Assembly (NCBI GenBank): GCA_024137785.1
Contig: JAHRHZ010000022.1
Coordinates: 26,194,792-26,258,760 of the forward strand
Reading direction: 5' to 3'
DNA length: 63,969 bases
Source: Ginglymostoma cirratum
Lineage: Eukaryota
A model generated the notes under the pieces. It worked only from the letters and a program-made list of their open reading frames with translations, had not been told where the DNA came from and made no database searches. The translations under genes and the position numbers were made by a program. The stretch's first letter is position 1. Each line of letters starts with the position of its first letter. Below are positions 10,491 to 24,774 of this stretch, one piece after another.

Positions 10491-13429
10491 GTAACTGAAA
10501 AGATTTCTTATATTACTAAACGCGAAATCATTCTATAAAACATAGGAAGTTAATTATATATGTGGGAATAGGAAGCAATAAACAGAGTATACATGCGCAA
10601 AGCCACCTTAATCAGTATGACTAATTAGTGCTATATTCTTTTAACACTTCCTGGTTTTGCTGGGAATATTGAGATAAGATAATGGTTGACACATACAATT
10701 TGTGATATAATGTGTTGTGAAATGAGGTGTGAACATTGTAAACTCAGATCCTGGGTAAATATTTAATTTCAAATCAGGTTGTTTGAATGTGGGAGTAGGT
10801 TGTTCATAAATGATTGTCAGAATAACTACTCAGAAAAATTAATCTAACTATTCTGCAAATGAATAACTGCCTCAAAATCTACCTATGTATCGAGTTAAAA
10901 ATAGCTTAATTCAATGTCATATATCTCTGGCTGATACACTAATTGGACATAACTCTTTCACATGCCCTGGTGTTGTAACCTAATTCAACTTGAGTTATCT
11001 GTGTTTGAGTCAGTTTATTGCATTTTTAGTAAACACTTACAAACATTTCATCAATTCCATGTGGCAACAAACTGCAACACCCATACTGTTGGCATATATC
11101 AGTTAAAACTTTGAACCCTGGCTATATAGGCTGTTTTCTCTGCAGGCTGATTTGCTGCTCATTTCAAACAAAGTGGTGTAAATCATTAATTTAAAGTGTC
11201 ACTCTTACAGTTCTGAGTTCAAGTATCTTCCCGGAATGGAAGGTTATTTGCTCAATAAACATTTGAACCGAATTTATTAAATGCCCTTTTAGTAGCTGGA
11301 AAACTAATTGGTGCTGTCATGTACCTCAATAAATTCTTTCGTCCTTCATTGCCACCTATGGACCTCCTCCCCTTTAACAGCATTACAGCAGGAATGAGTT
11401 GAGCTAGTTACTACATTGATGTGTTGGAGATGTTTCAGTAACTCTGTGAAACTGCGAGTCATTGAACACTCTAGCTTTATTTTGACATATTTACAGTAAA
11501 GAGGACACTCCCTCACACTAGCTTCTATATCACGTTTCTGCAAAACTCTCGAGTCGCAAGTGTATGTTATTTTCCTTCTATAACCTCACAGACCTCAACA
11601 CTTCACGTGACTCAGGGTAACATATTCCATTATACACTGCCTGCCACCAAGGCTGTAACTTTCTCCTCCCTGGATGTGGCAAGGAAGATGGAGAGAAGGG
11701 TAAATATTTAGGCAGGTTGACTCCAGAGCTAACTTTACCCCCTTCCTGCCACTTGCGATTAGATTCTGGGCCAGCATCTCAAATTGCCACCAGTTAAGGC
11801 TCTTTGAAGTCAATTAATGACCATTTTTGGGCCCCAACCCAGCAGTAGCTCAAATAACTACTTTACCAGCATGCGAGAAAAGCAGGTGGTATTACAGCAG
11901 GTGTGCACTGAAAGCCATGCCTCTGACTCTCTTGACTGCACGCCTATCTCCTAGCTAACCTAAATCTGTCATCCCCTTAAAATTATTGAGTCATCTACTT
12001 ACTGTTTCAGTTCCTCAAGGCTTTACTGTCTGCACCTCCAGCTACCATTCTCGGGCCGCAGAAGCTGCCTGCCTCTGATTGGCCAGCAGCCTCAAGTCGG
12101 CATGGTACTTCATTGGCAAGGCTCCTTATTTGGCGAGAAGCTTCTTGGTTAGCATCTCATTGGTGCTTCATCTCACTGATGGGGATGGGAGTTCATTGCC
12201 GCTGAATCCGTCCAGCCCCATACTTTGTGCTAACACATGCAAGTCTCTGTTCAGACCTCCATGTTCTCTGGTGGTCCTGGTAACCCAATTCTTCAGTCTC
12301 CTAATCATTCCGAACATCTTCACTGTTTTGTAGTCTTGTAGGAAATCTGGCCTCTTTATGGAAATGTCATTTATGGTGGCAATGGAGCAGAATTCCAAAG
12401 TACTTACAGACATTTTTTGCTTTTAATTCCAAAGTGTGTTGTTTTTAAAAGGGGGATTCCTTGGATTTCAATTCCATGATTGTCTGGCAAATGCCTGGGT
12501 GAAGCCATTGGAATATTGCACGGATATATTCAAACAGGGCGAGACTAAGCAAGAAGAATGAGAGCCAATTCTCTCTTACCACTTGGCAGAAAGCCACTTC
12601 TTGCATATATGTCTGTTTTACTCTGCAGAAATACACAAGGACAGGAGTTAGAAAGGCAGTTTCAGACCGACTGGAGTGTACTAGTGGGGATGAGTGCTCT
12701 CGTGTGTACAAGACTGCATTCAAGCATTGGTATACTGTGAAGGTCACAGTCAAAAAACTATCATCACGACCTCTCTCTCTATGTATGGTTCAAACCAGTT
12801 AAAATGAAAACAGGACAAATGAACTTGCATCGCCCATAAAAATAAGAATCACAACTCGTCTGTTCAATTACCAAGGTCAATGCTGCTGGTGCAACCCAAT
12901 AACAGCTGCAACATAATCTTGCTTACTCTTCATGAACCATACAGAGACTGAACTGTATAACTTTTTTTATCATTTATCTTTTTGGACTCCTTATTTCCAG
13001 TCTGTTTGAATGTGTTGCATTACTAATTGTTCTTATGTTTAAAAATTAATAAACTCACTCTTTTTACTAATTTAAGTACGTTGGTTAGTTAGCTGCTTTT
13101 AAAATGTAAGTTAATTTGGGTCTGAATGAAAGGGAACCTTTTAAAATTGTTGCAACTTACCGAGGAACTGGATGAATAAAGAAAGAGAGCAGATCATCCG
13201 TCTTCTCCCAGGAGCTTACTAGGGGAATTTTCCTGATTGGAACTGTAACAACAAGGATCTTCGCTTGATGTCTGGTTATGTGCAATTGGGGCTCATTTGG
13301 ATTTTGAACCCATAGATGAAAAAAATGGAACTTGTGGGTAAATTATTACTTTGAAACCATTTCAAAGGAAAAAGAAACTGCAAGAGGCTTTCCTGAGTTT
13401 GCATTACTACAGGTTAGAAACGTTTGTTT

Positions 13430-14095
13430 TGATGCCAGGGCATTGCTGGAAGATGTTATTTTTGAGGATTCTAAAATTCTGTCTCTCAAACAGTTAAAAG
13501 GTATATGAGGCACTTAAGATTAGAATTTCACCCAACAGTCAGAAAATATAAAATGTTAAAAGGGATGGCCACTGGTTTACAGATCGAGACTGCAGAAAAC
13601 AAAATGGAGTAAAAGTAGACAGATTAAAATTGGAACAGTGGAAATTAGAAGACCAAGAGGGATGGGAAAGGGAGGCAAGAGCAAGGAGAGAAGAAAGAGA
13701 CTCAGGAAAAACTGCAGGAGAAGGAATTAGAATGAAGACAACGTAAGCTGTGAAGCAGGACCCCCTTATGTATCCTATGAATACTGGCTCAGTCTGGCTG
13801 GAAGCAAATCAGTTTGGTCACTTACTTCTTAAGTTTGAGGAGGCAGAGAACCCCGTTTTCTTTATCTCCTTTGAGCGATTGGCACAATAGATAATCCGAC
13901 CAATTCAACATTGATCTTCATTACCGCAGAGCACACTCTGCGGGAAAGCAAGCAAGAATTACTCCCTCTTGTCTAAGGAAAGTGCCACTGATTAGGAGGC
14001 AGTAAAGAAAGTTATCTCACTGGTGTATCAGTTACTACTGGAGGAGTACCATCATAAATTCCGCGCAAGCTCAAAATGGCCTGACCAGTTTACTT
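13430..14095 (+). mobile_element. Ty3/Gypsy (Gmr1-like) gag remnant, probably preceded by LTR sequence at about 12450-13250
   Basis: 13828-14090 reads KFEEAENPVFFISFERLAQ*...QSTLCGKASKNYSLLSKESATD*EAVKKVISLVYQLLLEEYHHKFR in a single frame, the capsid N-terminal pattern of vertebrate Gypsy gag. Confidence 0.7.
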
Positions 14096-15769
14096 TCTGC
14101 CCTGCCCTCCCAGTCAAGCCTGTTGGCTTCAATCATCCCCATACTCTCATATGAGTTGGGTGATTAGCCATGATCATATTGAATGATAGAACTGGCTTGA
14201 AGGGCCGAATGGTGAAGAAAACACTCAGCAGGTTTATGTTCTTAACAGGAGAATAACTTTATGACAAGCAAATTGTCTTTAACCAATGATAATTAGGAAA
14301 TACGATTTGTTCACTTGAAACTCTACAAATTAAACTCTATGCCTTCTTAAAACTCCCTCTTCCTAAACAACCAAACACACTTAGGCAGATAAGACATAGA
14401 TATTAACGGTGAAGAAAAGGAAAATAAAATCATGGAAACAACTTGACAGCACCAGTCTGGATCACAGTATTGCTTCTTGTCTCTTCTTTTCCGTTCCTTT
14501 TAACTCTTTGCTGTTGACAAAAAGTGGATTGTACACCGATGCTCTCTTTCATTCTCTGGTTGAGAATTTGTCCTTTCATTATCTTCAACATCTTTTCATT
14601 TGTTCATTTGTGAAGAGAGTTGTGGGGAAGACAGCCAGCTGTTACGGAAATCTCTCTGTGCCTCCACAGGGGAGAGAGAGTTTTTTTGATGTTTTTGCTT
14701 TGTAAGCTTGTTGGTTGTCTGCTACACTGGCTCAGCACAAGTCATGGTTACCTGGTCAGGAGCCAATCAAAATGTTGGTGTCAAGCAATTCTCCCCCTGA
14801 GTTCGGAAACCATCAACTCTTTCTTGCTCACTATTCGAGGGGAAAGCAACATTGTATACAACTCATAATGTGCTCAGGTAAACATGATTTTTAAAACTAC
14901 AGCCATCCCTTTACACAGTCTCCTTGATTTAAAGCATTATCTTCCATTTTTTCATCCACACATTAAAAAAGGACTGAAAAAGATTAACGGATCAAAGACT
15001 ACAGAGAGAAAGTGGGAACACAGTTCTTGCCCTCACAGTCAATCCTTTTGGCTTCAATCATCCCCATATTCTCATATGAGTTGGCTGATCAACCATGATC
15101 ATATTGAACGGTGGAACAGGCTCAAAAGGCCGAATGGCCCCCTCCTATTTTCTATGTTCTGACTGCAACCGCAAATTCCTGTGAAAACACTCCTGAAAGT
15201 GCAGTGAAGCTACTCCTGCGGGTGTAGTCCAACCAACTGAGTGAGTAGCAGTAAGTCAGTGCGGGGGCTGCAACTCATAGTCAAAGGTCTGCTCACTCAT
15301 CGCTCAGTGTTGTTTTTTCAAATCAGTCAAGCAAGTTTACCTCGGTCAGTCCAGAGGCTCTGTTCACTGGAACTCAAGGAGTGTCATCAGGGACCACTGC
15401 CGTGATGAGGACGTTGGGGAAGCCAATTGTGGAGTTTGGAGCTAGGATGCTGGGTTGCAAAGAAGACAATATTTGTGAAGGGGACAAACTAAACATATAA
15501 AGGTGGGAGATGGTGGAGCATGTGAGGCAAGGAATACTGTGAGATGAGAGCATCGATAAGCACCATCACTGTGGCTTTGATGGGCAAATGCGTATAACTA
15601 TGTTTACCATAACTAAGCTGCATGCCTGGGGCTCAAGGGAAAATGTGAGGAGATTAGCAGTTAAATAATACAGTTGGGTGGGAATATGAGGAGGATCAAA
15701 AGCTGATGGGATTGATGGAGAGGGCAAGTCAGAAAGAAGCATGAACGTTTGGGGGTGGAGTTACCTAGA

Positions 15770-15980
15770 TTGACAGTCTAAGTCTGTGTCACACAGGGAG
15801 TGGTTCGTATGTGGAAAGAGAGGATGTGGTAGATGCAGGTACAGTTAAAATGTTTAAAAGACATTTAGATAGGTACATGAATAAGACATGTAGAGGGACA
15901 TGAGCCACATGCAGGCAAGCGGGACTAGTTTAGTTTGGGAAACTTCGTTGGCATGGACAAGTTGGACTGAAGGGTCTGTT
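15770..15980 (+). mobile_element. CR1/HER1-type LINE 3' end
   Basis: cacagggagtggttcgtatgtggaa...ggactgaagggtctgtttctatgctgtatgactcta is a CR1 3' tail. Confidence 0.75.
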
Positions 15981-16139
15981 TCTATGCTGTATGACTCTAA
16001 AGGCTACCTCTGTCACCTTCCGTCCTCATCCAAATTGCAAGTATGCACTTGGAATTAAAAATGGCTTTAACCAATCTGTAGTTATTTCTCATTTGTTACA
16101 GAGAGAGAGCTCCACTTGCAAATGACATGAGGCCCTTCA

Positions 16140-16345
16140 AGGGACAATAGTCTTCTTCCTGCCCTGCTGGGCCTTCCTTGACACCATGCAGACCTCACTG
16201 ATCTGGGTAATAACTTCAGGCCAGGCTGGGTGGGCTTAGTGGCGAGGCCTTCTCTGGCAGTCTTGAGGCAAGAGGTCAGCCCTTTCCACCCCTGGACCTC
16301 CACAACCTCCAGATCCTTATTAGCAAATCGAGGTAGCAATGTGAC
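16140..16345 (-). mobile_element. PIF/Harbinger Myb/SANT-like ORF remnant
   Basis: The minus strand reads PRFANKDLEVV and, after a frameshift, PAWPEVITQISEVCMVSRKAQQGRKK, matching the Myb/SANT pattern F..dLe...AW.EV......R...QCRKK. Confidence 0.6.
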
Positions 16346-16599
16346 TCTATTGAACACCTCCATAGTGATTCCACTCACACTGCAAGTGTGAAGGGCTGTT
16401 CCTAGTTTGCAGCATTTGACCTAGTGCCCAGTTGGGATTTAAATATGGTGCGTGCAGAGTGAAACCTGGAGGGTCCTGCAGCAGTAGGTATGTCCTCTGC
16501 TGGTGAGTACCTGATGGTGCAAGTGTGGTGCCAAAGGGATAAGGTGCATACATAATGAAGTGAGCAGTAGAGGTTTGTGTGAAATAACTCACTTGAGCT

Positions 16600-17500
16600 T
16601 TATTTTTGTGTTTTTTTCAGTTGTGGACTGAAATGGGATTGCAAGGATTTAAAATCAGATTGCAAGGATTGCTGCATGGTTTGGAAGCAAGTAATTTGAT
16701 ACTCATTGTGAACATTGTTGACACAGCTGTGGGTTGCAGCTAGTGGTTGCAGATGAATTAGAGTCAAAAGGTTCTGTACAAATGAAGCTTTGATTGGCAA
16801 CATGTAATGGATTGGTTTGTGAACTAACTTCAGTTACCAAATGATAAAGCTGTTCTGCTGCCAACAATTATGTGATTGTTCAGCTCCTGGGAACCAGCTA
16901 GGCGCTGTGAACGAGATATGGAAAAGCTCTCAGGCCATGACCAGTTTTTCAGCGCTTTCTCTGATCTCTACAATAATTCACTGTAAAGAGAAACAGTTTA
17001 ATGCTCCTTCATTTAGTAGCTGTTGTAAACTGTGACTTTTATTTGATGAGTCATAGACCATTTTCTAGTGAACCAGCCACCTGGTTCCTCTTGGAAGCCA
17101 GTGGAAGCATCTGGAGAAGGACAACTAAAAAGCACCAGCATCTCAGCAAACCTTATGATTAGGATCTGCTGAATGGATTTTCCAGGTCTTTTTCCCTGTC
17201 CATAATCCATGCTTTTTTACCTTGTCTGTCTGTGTGAGTCAGGGGAGTTTACAACAGGATTAGAGTTTTAATTTGGAGAGATCTATACTGACAGTTCATA
17301 GCTGTTTACCTATCACTAGAGTCTAATTACTTGCAATAAAGAGTATTTTTTTGTTAAGCACAGAAACCTGGTGCATGTTTTCAGTCAACCTGGGTCTAGA
17401 AGAGAGGTAAATTGGACAATTTTGTGAATTAAAAAAAACCCTGTAACTTAAGTGATTCTAGGAATAGTGGTGCTTGATTCCCAGCATGTTGAGTAGGTTG
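16600..17500 (+). repeat. LTR-like interspersed repeat; a related copy lies on the opposite strand at about 31270-32130
   Basis: aataaa...ttgttaagcacagaaacctggtgcatgttttcagtc...aggtaaattgga resembles the reverse complement of 31325-31400. Boundaries are approximate. Confidence 0.45.
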
Positions 17501-17529
17501 TGCCTGCCCCCATTGAAGTTTAGTAGATC

Positions 17530-17890
17530 GAGTGATGACCTTACTAAAACATACAAGATTCAAAGATGTGGTAGCGGTAGAGGTGTTCTCCCTGCTGAGA
17601 GCGTCTAGGACCAAATGGCAAAATATTAAAATAAAGAATCAACTATTTAAGATAAAGATGAGAAAAATTCTTCTCTCAGAGGGTAGTGAGTCCATAGAAT
17701 TCTTTACTGCAGAGAGCAGTCAAGGTTGGGTCATTAAGAATATTCAAGGCTAAAATAGACAGACAGATTTTTAATCAATAAAGGAATCAGAACAGGCAGG
17801 AAAGTGGAGTTGAGGATTATCAGGTGAGCCATGATCTCATTAGTTGGATGGGCCAAATGGACAACTTCTGCTCCTACATCTTGTGGTCTT
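17530..17890 (+). mobile_element. CR1-type LINE 3' fragment
   Basis: SRTKWQNIKIKNQLFKIKMRKILLSEG is a degenerate CR1 C-terminus, followed by the CR1 tail. Confidence 0.7.
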
Positions 17891-20800
17891 ATACTTCAAA
17901 AGTGAACAACTCTGATCTTCAACCACACATAGTATTTCAGCAATTACCTTTTCTCTTTGATTCCCGATGCGGATTTTACTCTCCCTGTTCCCTGGGTGAA
18001 CTAGTGCCTAATTGATTGTCCACCTCACACAGCACAACTCCCTTCTCTCCCTTAGTTGTTTTAATACCACAACTTTTAGTCAGGGCCGACTACAGAGTTT
18101 ATAAAGGGTAGTAATTTTAAACATACCCACCTGATTAGGACTCACATAGTTGGTCACGGATTAGTTCAGTATCCTGTTCGCAGCACCAATTGTTGGATAG
18201 AGAGTTTAAAGAGGAGTCTTACTCCTACATTTAGCAGCACAAATTGATCTTTATTTGGAGCTCTGAATCACACAGCCTGGAAGAGGTCACTGGAGACAGG
18301 CTCCAAGACACTCCCCGTCTCCTAGTAAAATGCAGGATCTTTAGACGTTCCCCATTAAGATGATTACATGTAACATCAGCACTTGCCACATTACTGCACC
18401 CCCCCACACACACCGCCAAGGTTATGCTCCTTCCCAGACATCTGCCAGCTGCATCAGTCTGAATGGGTGCTGCTTGGTAACTTGTGAAGCTGTGATTATT
18501 TATTTTCACAAGGTCATAATAACTATGTAATGTTTTGCAATTGCCCCCTTACAGTACAAATGTGTTTTCCAGTGTCCTTTCATTAAGTTATTTGTTTATA
18601 GCTTTTGTTAAATGTCACTGGTATTTACACCATTCATCCTTCAATTCCACCCCCACCTCTCCCCCCACCAACAGGTTAGGGGCTTCTCTCTGCTATTTAT
18701 AACCATTTATCTAAAGTAATTCAACTAAATTCCTTAACATATAATATGTAATGGCAATCACTTAAAAAGCCTTTGATTATGGTGGGATCAGACTTTCCCT
18801 TCTACATTTTACCAAATAACAATTTCTCACTGTTGTCCATTTTTATTTCTGATTAATTCAACTGGGTCTGTTACTTTGAGATTTGGGCCGTCACTCTATC
18901 TCTCCTCCAACTATCTCCCAGTTCTACATCTCACCCTCTGTTTGCTACTTCATTGAATTGTCTTCACCACTTGTCATGTTTTCTCAGGACACTCAAGGAT
19001 CTGACAATGCATCATCAACTACTCCAAAAACTATTTTAATGAAAGAGCTCATCTTTCGGATTACCATACTCACATTCTTCTAATCAATACAAATTATTAG
19101 CAAATATGGCAATACTCCCCCTATGTCACTGGGTATACCTATTGAATTTTACACAATTTTGCACAACATTATTCTTGCTGAGACTGAACTATGCTTCCAT
19201 TGTATTAATAACTCTGGTGACTTTACTCCTATTGATCCCTGAGGCAAGTAAAATGTTATTCCCACAGTCGCTTATTGCATAGAAAAGTGTACTGATCCTC
19301 TCTGGCTTTGCTGTGAGACATGACACAGTGAAAAATCAAGAATCTTTTGGATAACTTTGGCCATGCCTCAGCCTGATTAAAGCCAGCAGCTTTCTGGAAA
19401 CTTGGGTTGAAATAGAGATTTCTTTTCTGACATCTTGTCACTGTTTGCCACCATATATCATTGTGCTCTTGATTTGGAGTAGTTTCAATAATTCTCAAAG
19501 ATTACTAAGACATTACAAACTATTACACTTACCCCTTTATCAGACTCAATCTAACAAACTACATTATTCTACAGTTACTGGCTCCAAACTTTTAAGGAGA
19601 CAGACATGAATGATATAGCTGTCCATTGCAGTATTGACAAATGTAGCCAACAGATATTCTTTGATGAAATTAAATCCTATCTTCATTGCCATTATGCTGA
19701 ATGGGATAGATTCAGAACATATTTCAGACACAAAACTGGGAACCCATCGTGTCATGGGCCATCAGCAGTAGCAAAGTTCTATTCAATCACACTCTGTAAT
19801 CTCAAGGCTTGATAGCTGTATCACCCTATCATTAAATCAGTGAAATTGTGTTCAATAATGGATATAGATGAGCATATCAGAAGCTTTTGTAGGCATACCT
19901 ACAAAGACTACAAACTGGTGAAGTTACAATAATGGATAATATGCATGTTGGAGAGTGGAAGCAATGTGCTTTTGACATAGTTAAATGATCCCAAGAACAG
20001 CAGATCAGATTAGAACTGCTGTGGGGTCTTGAGTTGAGTTGCCCGGGCAGAACCTATATTGAGTATTGTTGACCGAGTTCTTCCTAAATTCTACTTGATA
20101 GCACTTAAAATGACACATCCTGTCAATTACTTATTATTGAGAGTAGACTGAGGAAGTGGTACTTCGTTGGATTGAATTTGTTGTGTTTTTTATGTATAGG
20201 GCACACTTGGGCTAGATTCACAAAGGTGGTGCCAGGGTTGGAAATTTTAGTTGTGAAAAAGATTTGGGATAGGCTGGTGTTCTTTTCTTTACAGAGAAAG
20301 CTGATTAGAAATTTAATTGAGGTGTAGAAATAGAATGTATATGGAGGACCTATTTCACAGAATTGAAAGGTCAATAACATATATTTACAGCAACAATAAA
20401 GGATTATAGGGAAGCTGAAGAGAAGTTTTTGTCTAGAGAGTTGTAGGATTCTGGAACTCATTGCCTGAAAGCCAGGTAAAGGCAGAAGCCCTTTGTACAC
20501 AATACCTCAAGGTGGTATTGTTGCTGGACTAAAAATCCTGAAACCCTGGTTCAATTCCCACTGACATTAATTGTAGATATAAATGAGGAAAAGTGTGTAG
20601 AAAGAGCTGTAATACTGAGTAGTAGGGCTGTTGTGATGGTGCTGTCCCTACCCCTGACCCAGGAAGCCCTGGTTTAGGTCCTACCTGCTCCCAAGATGTA
20701 CAATAGCATCTCAGATCAAGTTGATTATGAAAATATATTAATACTGAGTGGTTAGTAAACTTTATACACAAAGAAAGGTGTCATGGTTTTTGTTTCACCA

Positions 20801-21239
20801 ATTGGACTGTACCCAATTTCATATCGGTAGCAGAGTTTGGTTGCTGAATGGTGAAGATTGGAAGGAAAGGGTGGAATTTTGCCCTCACTGGTGTGGCATG
20901 AGCAATGGTGAGAAATTTGAGAAAATACAGCGAGAATGAAAAGTCAGAATCTCAACCTCCAGAAAGTTTTTTTGCAATTTTTTCCTCAACCCTTAAAAGG
21001 TGACTTCAGAATCTCGCTATTGAGCAGAAATTACCTTATTTCCACACATTTTCGTTTCATTGATAACAAAAGTTGCCTTATTTATATAATATTTACAACA
21101 CATTTCTTCTTTCCTGAGAAATTAGATTGCGCAAATCCCTGACATGTGGGTATCTACTGGCTGCAGCTCACCAATTGTTTTTCCCAGTCAAATCCAATTG
21201 TATCTTCAACACTCTCACATTGAAACATAAGTTTGTAAG

Positions 21240-21745
21240 GACATAGTCTTCATGGGGTCAAGAGTCAATGTTGAGAATTCACAGGCACCTCTGCTGTTTC
21301 CTGTTGATGGAATAGGGGATACCTAGGCTGATGTTGTCTGATTCCATGAGTACGACTATTTCAGGCTGTTGCTTGACTAGTCTGTTAGACAGTTCTCCCA
21401 GTTTTGGTACTAGCCCCTCTAGGCGATACTAAGGAGAACTTTGCATGTTTGCCATCGCTGGTTTCAATGCCTTAGTTAATGCCACATGACCCCTTTCCCC
21501 TTTTTAGGGAGTCAAACACATTGCTGTGGCATGGAATCATTTGTAGGCCAGACCAGGTAAAGACAGCTGTTTCCTTCCCTAAGGGGCATTTGTGAACCAG
21601 ATGTTTTTATGACAATCACACTCATCATTTGAATGCCGGATTTTTATTGAATTCAAATTCCACCATCTGCAGTGGTGAGATTTGAATGCTGGACTCTGTC
21701 TCTGGATTACGAACCAGTGACAAAACCACTTAGCCATCAGCTCCC
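21240..21745 (-). mobile_element. 5' part of the tRNA-headed LINE (head plus start of APE endonuclease)
   Basis: On the minus strand a tRNA-like head is followed within about 300 nt by GLVPKLGELSNRLVKQQPEIVVLME (21416-21342). Confidence 0.75.
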
Positions 21746-22025
21746 CAGTTGCTTTTCGGAAGCCTGTGGATTTACAATTTACACAAGCTGGACATTATTG
21801 TATCACTTTAACATAACATAACTACTATAATCAAAATTTTAAGCAAGTCTTTGTGGCATCGGGAGTAGAACTTAAATGAAAGAATGAAAAAGGAAAATGT
21901 AGAAAGAAAATCTTAAACTACAACAGCAGTTTGCCCATCCATCTTCTCAGGGTTTGAAACTTTCAAAAAGAAACATACAGGTATAAGAGGTGATCGGTAC
22001 GCTAAACTTCTAGATGGGAACAATG

Positions 22026-22332
22026 ATAGAATCCCTACAGTGCAGAAAAGGGCCATTCAACACATTGAGTCTACACCAACCTTCCAAAGAGCATCCCATC
22101 CAAACTCCTACCCTGTCACCCTGCTTTTACCATGGCCAATCCCTGGACACACAGACAATTTAGTGTGGCCAATACACCTAACTTGCACATCTTTAGACTG
22201 TTGGAGGAAACTGGAGCACCCAGCAGAAACCCAAGCAATAAACATGCAAACTTTACACAGAAAGGCTGGAATTGAACCTGGGTCCCTAGTACTGTGAGAC
22301 AGCAGTACTAACCAGTGAGCCACCATGCCACC
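22026..22332 (-). mobile_element. HE1-type (V-SINE) tRNA-derived SINE
   Basis: The minus strand reads ggtggcatggtggctcactggttagtactgctgtctcacagtactagggacccaggttcaattcc, followed by the V-domain and a CR1-like tail. Confidence 0.85.
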
Positions 22333-24774
22333 AATTTTCAAAGTTCACTATCTGCCATACTGGGATTAGAACTTCAATCCCCAGGACATTAGCCTGGGGT
22401 TCTGGGTTACTATTCCAGTGATGTTATTGCTCTGCCACTACTTTCATTTAAGACGTGTGCTATTTTTAAAAAAATAGAATTACACCATTACAGTACATAG
22501 TGAATCTCCTATTAGCAAGAGATTTTAATATAGGTGTAGCAATTGACTTGAAGGTATGTCATCGGGAAAAAAAAATCATTCTCATCTTGCATTTTGTAGG
22601 CAGCAGCTAGATTAGTCAGTCTACACTAATAGGTAGTAAACATGAAACAGTAAATGTGGACAAGATAATGGAGCAAGGGATAAGGTCTAGAAAGGAAAAA
22701 TGTTAGAAAGAAAAGAGATTTACAAAATCAAGTAGGTTGACACAAAATGTTTTACAAAATGATATGCTTGTTGAAGAAATTATCGGAGATTCTTGAAGAT
22801 AGACTTATGATGTGAATGCTTTGTGGTTAGATTTGGTATAATATTTTGTTGTTTAAAGAGAGAAGGGGAATATAAAAGTTGATTGTATTATATAGAATGT
22901 GCAATTTTTAAAAAAAATGTCATTATTTTTGTTCTAGATTTTTTGTATGCCTTCAAACATTTTATTTTAACAGTGAATTGCTCATGCTGCTGTAAGTGTT
23001 TAAACTAATTTGGCAGGGATGTGGGAACCAGGAGCTAGGACGGAGAGGGATTCAAAAGAGCAAAAACAATTTTGTAGGGACAGATAGTATTTGAATAGGA
23101 AAGAGGAAGCCTTTTCGTGGTTTAAGCAAAAGAAGGAATGTCATGAAGCCTAAATTGGGATTACAGATAGCGGATATGAATGCACACTGCATGGTAAATA
23201 TGTTCAGTTAGTTGGAAATGCAGGCAGTTATGTAGAAATATGATAACAAAGACATGTCCCAAAGAAAAGGCGGGATATTAATATTATTAAATATTCCTGG
23301 ATGCAAGGCATTGTAGAAAGGAGGATTGGCAGCATTGTTTGGGAAGAAATTTGCATTGCTGGAAAGAGGATGTCCCAGATGGATCAGGAACAGAATCTAT
23401 TTGGCTAGAACTATGGAACAAAAATGTTGCAATGACATTGTTCAGTGTTGTCCATGAGCAACAATCAGGTGGGAAGATGCAACCAAGGGCTGGATGTGGG
23501 TGCTGAGGTAATTCAGACGGGATTGGGTGTATTGCAAGGTCAAATCCAGGGGTGCGGGGGAGTATTGACATCTGGACAGGGAGGGGTTTGGGTTGGGTTG
23601 GATTGGGTTGGGTCCTGGGGGCCATAGGTGCCAGGCTTGGCTTCAGTTGGGGACGGGTGTTGCTGGGTCTGATGGGATTGGGTCATATTGATTTAAAGGA
23701 GGTGGTCAAGTCTGTCATGGGGTCGGGGATTTCTCTCATCTGGCTGTTTGGGTTTTGTGTAGAAGGGCTATGGGGCGGGGGGAAGGTGTCAGTGGTTTAT
23801 TTTAATACTTATGCTGGAATTGGAGTAACAATTATGTCCTGATATTGTGTTTTTTGGGAAACAGTGTAGCTTAAGAGAGTCAGACCTTCCAAATCCTTCA
23901 CATTTAAGAGGCTTTTTTGGAGGCTTCCAGAAGCAGGAAAGCTTTGTATCAGGATGTTGAATTTCCCAGGCAATTCCCTTGGAGTCAGCTGTGTCTAAAT
24001 TTCCACATCATCTCAACGTGCCACTTCAGTCTCTTTGCAATGATGGGAAATATTGACTATGGGAATATTTGGCCGACAGCAATTTTATTCTCCCTGGGAC
24101 AACAATAAAGGTGATTCTTTTTCTCCACGCTGTTAAAAAAAGATTAGACACATAGCTTCCAAAGCCTTGCAGGGACGCAAACGAGAAGAGTAAGTGTACG
24201 ACATTCTCCAGAACAGAAAGTTTAACTTGTGGCCTTGCTTTAAGTTAAATCTCAATTGCAAGACATAGAGAAAGATATCGCTATAGGTAAAAGACAAGTA
24301 GATGGTCGATGTTCAGGAAACATGTTTAAAAAGTGATCAGTGTTTTGAATTACTGTCTGGGTGGCATAGAGTGGATGCAAAATCTGGAACTATTCAAGAG
24401 GCATTCGGATTGGAGCGAAATGCTTTTTTTGTTACAAGGGGTGAGTAACTCTATTTTTGCAAACCCCCCACCGACAAAAAAGTTCACAGGTAAAGTCATG
24501 CAGAAGGTGAAGTGGAGAGTGTGGCAAAAGGGAGAGCTGTCCAATTCCCTCTAATTTGGGGAGGGGGGGTGTAACTGGAGAGAGATATAAGTTGCTGATT
24601 TTTGTTCGGTGCTCCGAATGGTTGCAGATCACGGTTTGAAGGTGAATGAGTGCAGAAGCCGCTTGTGTTCAACAACTTGTCCTGCATTGCTCCAGGGGAA
24701 AGGTGGCTTGGGGATGACGTGTACGCGGAAACGCGCAGGCGTCGCGGAGCTGCCTTTCTGTGTGTGTGTGTGTG

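Noticed and set aside
18650-19560. Possible minus-strand Gypsy pol remnant
   Set aside because: Too decayed to recover a convincing motif by eye.
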